NCBI GenBank assembly: GCA_001799735.1
Contig: MGUA01000008.1
Location: 7,175 to 71,174 of the forward strand
Source of the DNA: Elusimicrobia bacterium GWB2_63_22
GTDB taxonomy: Bacteria; Elusimicrobiota; Elusimicrobia; Elusimicrobiales; UBA9959
DNA length: 64,000 bases
Reading direction: 5' to 3'
The position numbers were made by a program, and so were the translations under genes. The notes beneath the pieces are model-generated. The model was given only the letters and a program-made list of their open reading frames with translations, was not told the origin of the DNA and did not search any database. Shown piece after piece: positions 60,449 to 64,000 of this stretch. Position 1 is the first letter of the stretch. The number at the start of each line of letters is the position of its first letter.

Positions 60449-60734
60449 ATTCCCTCCCCCGGTATAGAAATAACCTTGCGGCTAAACGACCAAGCCTTTG
60501 CCTGTCGTTACAGCCGCTCCCCCCTCGCCATAATATAGCAGACCTATTGGATATATCAAGGTTATCTTCAGTACATATAGATTCCCCGATATTACGCAGG
60601 GCGGCCGCCGCCTCCGGTCCTAAGGGCCTAGGCCCTGGGGCTGCCAAGGCCTACGCCGGCATAGGCATTAAAACAGGGCCCCGTTGGGTACTTGGCCTCT
60701 TATGAAACCGGTCCCTTTGCGCTACACTAGAGTA

Positions 60735-63035
60735 ATGACCCATACCACTTCCACCTCCAAAGCCTTCGCGGTAGTTTTCTTCTCCCTGGTCTGCGCCCTT
60801 CAGGCGCCCGCCTACTCGGCAGAGTTCTCCACTTATTTTGACGGCACCAATAAAGCCTCCATGGCCGAGCTGGTCGGCGGCCTGCGCGCGGAAGCCGCCG
60901 GCGCGACGGACCCCAAAGCCCCGGCTCCCCAGCCCGCCCAGCCTACCGCCCCCGGCAACAACGAACTCCTCCATTTCTGGGAAGACCTCAAGAGCGACGT
61001 GTTCGACGACATTTGTAAGGACGTGGAGATCCCGCTGGAACAGGGTTTCGACCTCGGCGATATCGCCGGCATCGAAGGCAAGTTCAAGCGCTACATGAAG
61101 CAGTTCCCCGACAACAAGATAGCCGTGATAGACGAAGTCGGCGTCAAGCTGGACGCGGGTCATACCTTTACCGACCTCTTCGACGTGAACGGCAACACTT
61201 TCAATATCGGCCTCTCCGGCGGCCTGGAAGGCAAATCGGTGGTGGTGCGCAAGACCAACGAGGACAAGTACTGCAAGAACCTGCTGAAGCTGGCCGACCT
61301 GCGCAAGGTGAAAACCATCCTGCCCGTCAACGCCAAGCGCATCGGCGAGATGCAGGTCAACGAGATCTGGAAGTTCCCCGCCCGCCTGCACATGGGCGTC
61401 AGCGGCGGCCTGGGCTACCCCGTGCAGCCCTGGCTCTCCATCGCCTTCTCGCTGGGCACCTCCAAAGAGATGAAGCCCTCCGTCACCCTTTTCAAGATGG
61501 ACGAGAGCAAGATCCGCATGCGCATCCGCCTGGACCGCATCACCGTCAAGAGCGCGGGCGCCTCCGTGGGCACCTCGTTCGACGCGGGCATGATCGGCCT
61601 GCCCGAGGCCGAGGGGTTCCTGATGAAGGAACTCAACAAGACCCTGGTGAAGGAATTTAACAAGTACATCGCGCTCAAGTTCGGCCTCTCCACCAGCCGC
61701 GCCAAGGGCCAGAAGATCCTGCTCGAATTCATCATCGACGCCAAGGACCCGGAGCAGGTGGCCAAGCTGGTCGACTTCCTCAAGGGCGACCTGGGCATCA
61801 TCAGGAAACTCATCCAGATGGGCGTGCGCTTTAACGACTTCTCCTCTCTGGACGACACCGCCGCCGGCCAGCAGGCCCTCAACAGCGTGTCCGACGTGGC
61901 CGCCAGCGGCCTGGGGCTCAACTCCACCTTCGCCGGCTCCAACCACTTCAATAGCACCTCCCACGCCATGAACATCGTGCTGCCCGTGGTGCTGCACCGC
62001 GAGTCCAATAACGGCCAGCGCTACGACCGCTACCAGGTCTCCGGCAGCGAGCAGGTGCTGCACGTGCATAACGCCTCCAAGAACGAGTCGGTCAGCAACA
62101 TCAACGTGCCCTTCATCGGCAAGATCTTCAAGCACAACACCAACCAGAACTTCTACGTGGTCAACTACGAGGACAAGAACGGCGCCGTGTCCGACGGGGC
62201 CGTGGTCTACCAGCGCTACGAAGGCTACATCAAGCACAACGAGACCGACTCCCGCGGCATGGTCCGGAGCATGAACGAGATCCTCAAGTTCGCCGGCACC
62301 CAGGGCGACGGCGTCAACAACGACTTCACCATAGACGTGGACGCCATGTTCCCGCACCTCGCCGCCGAGGACGCCAACCCTTCCGACACCGACATGGACG
62401 GCAACCCCGTGCGCGACACCCGCCGCTACAAGTCGGCGCTGATGTCCTTCTCCCTGGTATTTACCAGGGAGGCCGTGCGCGACATCATAGCCGCCCCCTC
62501 CGTGCTCATCATGAAGGCCGTCGCCAACGTGATGGAGGGCCTGGACCGCGAGATCATCAGCAAGGTGCAGCACCTCTTCAAGATCGGCAATAACGGCAAG
62601 GTGGATTACGACTGGAAGGCCGCCAGCAAGCTCCTGCGCGACTACCAGCGCGACGGCGAGGACGCCTTCGACCCGCTCTCCGTGGTCAACTCCTTCTGCT
62701 CCAACGTGGCCGCCATCATCTCCGACATCGCCAGCGTGCGCAACATAGGCGACCAGAAAGAAAAATCCGAGCGCCTGTCCCGGGTGCTGGCCGGCAAAGG
62801 CAAGAGCGGCCTGGGCTACGAAGGCCTGATGCAGGTGCTGATACAGCTGGTGGACGTGAAGGATATCTACGCCAGCCTCAACGTGCAGACCGACAAGCGC
62901 ATCAAGGGCGAAGAGAATATCGCCAACAGCTACAACATCTACAACACCAATCTGCAGGCCGGCTACGGCGCGCAGCTGGGCAACGCCAACTCCATCCGCG
63001 ACCGCTTCTCCGACCCCTCGGTGCTGAGCGACTAA
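60735..63035 (+). CDS. Large secreted protein of unknown function
   Basis: Signal peptide MTHTTSTSKAFAVVFFSLVCALQAPAYS-AE (alternative starts at 60684 and 60702). Normal amino-acid composition, unlike the 800-aa antisense ORF. Followed by a terminator. Confidence 0.6.
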   Translation: MTHTTSTSKAFAVVFFSLVCALQAPAYSAEFSTYFDGTNKASMAELVGGLRAEAAGATDPKAPAPQPAQPTAPGNNELLHFWEDLKSDVFDDICKDVEIPLEQGFDLGDIAGIEGKFKRYMKQFPDNKIAVIDEVGVKLDAGHTFTDLFDVNGNTFNIGLSGGLEGKSVVVRKTNEDKYCKNLLKLADLRKVKTILPVNAKRIGEMQVNEIWKFPARLHMGVSGGLGYPVQPWLSIAFSLGTSKEMKPSVTLFKMDESKIRMRIRLDRITVKSAGASVGTSFDAGMIGLPEAEGFLMKELNKTLVKEFNKYIALKFGLSTSRAKGQKILLEFIIDAKDPEQVAKLVDFLKGDLGIIRKLIQMGVRFNDFSSLDDTAAGQQALNSVSDVAASGLGLNSTFAGSNHFNSTSHAMNIVLPVVLHRESNNGQRYDRYQVSGSEQVLHVHNASKNESVSNINVPFIGKIFKHNTNQNFYVVNYEDKNGAVSDGAVVYQRYEGYIKHNETDSRGMVRSMNEILKFAGTQGDGVNNDFTIDVDAMFPHLAAEDANPSDTDMDGNPVRDTRRYKSALMSFSLVFTREAVRDIIAAPSVLIMKAVANVMEGLDREIISKVQHLFKIGNNGKVDYDWKAASKLLRDYQRDGEDAFDPLSVVNSFCSNVAAIISDIASVRNIGDQKEKSERLSRVLAGKGKSGLGYEGLMQVLIQLVDVKDIYASLNVQTDKRIKGEENIANSYNIYNTNLQAGYGAQLGNANSIRDRFSDPSVLSD

Positions 63036-63051
63036 GCAGCTGCTGAAGCGC

Positions 63052-63089
63052 AAAAAAAGCCCCCGGCTTCGGCCGGGGGCTTTTTTTTG
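63052..63089. terminator. Bidirectional intrinsic terminator
   Basis: A7-GCCCCCGGC / TTCG / GCCGGGGGC-T8. Confidence 0.8.
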
Positions 63090-63105
63090 TTGTCGCCTGG
63101 CGTTC

Positions 63106-64000
63106 TTACCGGATCTTGCCGTCCACGCCGAAGATGTAGGCCATCAGGGCGGCGCGGGCCCACATGCCGTTGCGCTCCTGCCGCCAGAACACGGCGCGGG
63201 GGTCTTCGTCCACGGAGACTTCTATCTCGTGGCGGCGCGGCAGCGGGTGCATGATCACGCAGGTCTTCTTGATGTCCTTCAGGTGCTCCTGGCGGAAGTA
63301 GAAGGGGGAATAGTCCACGCCTTTGCTCTCGCCGGCCTTGTCGTGCTCGTCCTGGATGCGGGTCATGTAGATGGCGTCGGCGGTCTTCATTACGCCCTTG
63401 AAGTCCTCGGTCTCCTGGAACGGGATGTTGTGGCGCTTGAGGAAGTCCAGGATGTCGGCCTCCATGCGGAACTCTTTGGGCGAGACGAAGGACAGCGAGA
63501 TCTTCTTGTAGTTCTTCATCAGGTAGGACAGCGAGCGCACCGTGCGGCCGCGCTTGAGGTCGCCCACCATGACGATGTGCTTGTTGTCTATGTCGCCGTC
63601 GAAGCTGCGGTAGAGGGTGTAGACGTCGAGCAGGGCCTGCGTGGGGTGCTGGTCCTTGCCGGAGCCGCCGCTGATTATCGGCACCGGGCGGCCGGTGCGG
63701 TTCATCAGCCACGCGGTCTTCTCCACAAAGCCGGGCGTCGGGTGGCGCATGATGATCATGTCCACGTAGCTCGAGAAAGTGCGCACCGTATCCTCGGGCG
63801 TCTCACCCTTCACTTCGGAGGAGGTGGAGCTGTCGCGGATCTCCGAGGTCTTGATGCCCAGGACGTGGCAGGCGTTGAGGAAGGACATGAACGTGCGGGT
63901 GGAGGGCTGCGCGAAGTACAGCATGGCCCGCTTATCCGAGAGCAGCCCGGAGATGTAGTCGGCGCCGTCCTTGTGCTGCGTCACCTCGCGCAGGCGGTCG
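63106..64000 (-). CDS. pyrB: Aspartate carbamoyltransferase catalytic chain, N-terminus beyond the window
   Basis: PSTRTFMSF, HPTQ, and HPLPR (ATCase-type rather than the HCLP of OTCase). The frame is open to nt 63999. Confidence 0.85.
   Translation of the reverse strand, partial: DRLREVTQHKDGADYISGLLSDKRAMLYFAQPSTRTFMSFLNACHVLGIKTSEIRDSSTSSEVKGETPEDTVRTFSSYVDMIIMRHPTPGFVEKTAWLMNRTGRPVPIISGGSGKDQHPTQALLDVYTLYRSFDGDIDNKHIVMVGDLKRGRTVRSLSYLMKNYKKISLSFVSPKEFRMEADILDFLKRHNIPFQETEDFKGVMKTADAIYMTRIQDEHDKAGESKGVDYSPFYFRQEHLKDIKKTCVIMHPLPRRHEIEVSVDEDPRAVFWRQERNGMWARAALMAYIFGVDGKIR

Noticed and set aside
60651-63053. An 800-aa ORF on the minus strand, mirroring the 783-aa plus-strand ORF.
   Set aside because: Its translation is a Gly/Ala/Val/His/Asp-rich string typical of antisense frames in high-GC DNA. 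The plus-strand product has a signal peptide, normal composition and a downstream terminator. The same reasoning applies to 1051-2286(-), 2330-3889(+), 10000-11178(+), 18414-19694(+), 22120-23478(-), 30470-31927(-), 42438-43610(-), 47479-48915(-), 52502-54043(-) and similar.

Overview
High-GC (visually about 60-65%) chromosomal window from a diderm bacterium; I cannot assign the lineage from sequence alone. Gene density is high and several genes have overlapping start and stop codons.

Most of the window is housekeeping:
- guaA and guaB
- rpsF-ssb-rpsR-rplI-dnaB
- alr, mlaE, mlaF, mlaD, radA, ispDF, cysS and tRNA-Gly(GCC)
- a 5'-truncated pyrB at the right edge

Accessory content:
- A dispersed ygeY / ygeW / carbamate-kinase / PLP-enzyme set, interleaved with a NodU-type carbamoyltransferase operon. 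That operon also carries a radical SAM enzyme, an unlisted 49-aa DUF5989-like ORF and an SxtJ-like ORF.
- Two paralogs of an uncharacterised Cys-rich (GYPxCC ... PCxYxC) protein.
- Two tandem secreted paralogs.
- An operon of a solenoid-repeat protein, an outer-membrane barrel and a GAF histidine kinase.
- A barnase-family RNase lipoprotein wedged between guaA and guaB, with no visible inhibitor gene.
- An AmgK-like kinase fused to a RapZ C-terminal domain, next to murU.
- A RAYT (IS200-like HUH transposase) with REP/REPIN copies, inserted between mlaF and mlaD.
- A roughly 180-nt multi-hairpin element closed by a 30-bp stem, sitting between two apparently leaderless divergent genes.

Best candidate for a new system: an AT-richer island directly downstream of tRNA-Gly (about 54.8-58.9 kb). 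In order it contains:
- three 74-bp tandem repeats that reuse the tRNA 3' end
- a near-consensus sigma54 promoter with an upstream dyad
- a 69-aa Cys/Asp-rich peptide gene with a strong RBS
- a hairpin after the peptide gene
- a radical SAM/SPASM enzyme
- an M50-type membrane metalloprotease
- a second radical SAM enzyme
- a 24-bp perfect palindrome

This reads as a RiPP-like (ranthipeptide/sactipeptide-style) biosynthetic cassette.

All calls rest on motif recognition by eye; no searches were run. Many long ORFs in the track that lie antisense to real genes are GC-bias artefacts and were ignored.
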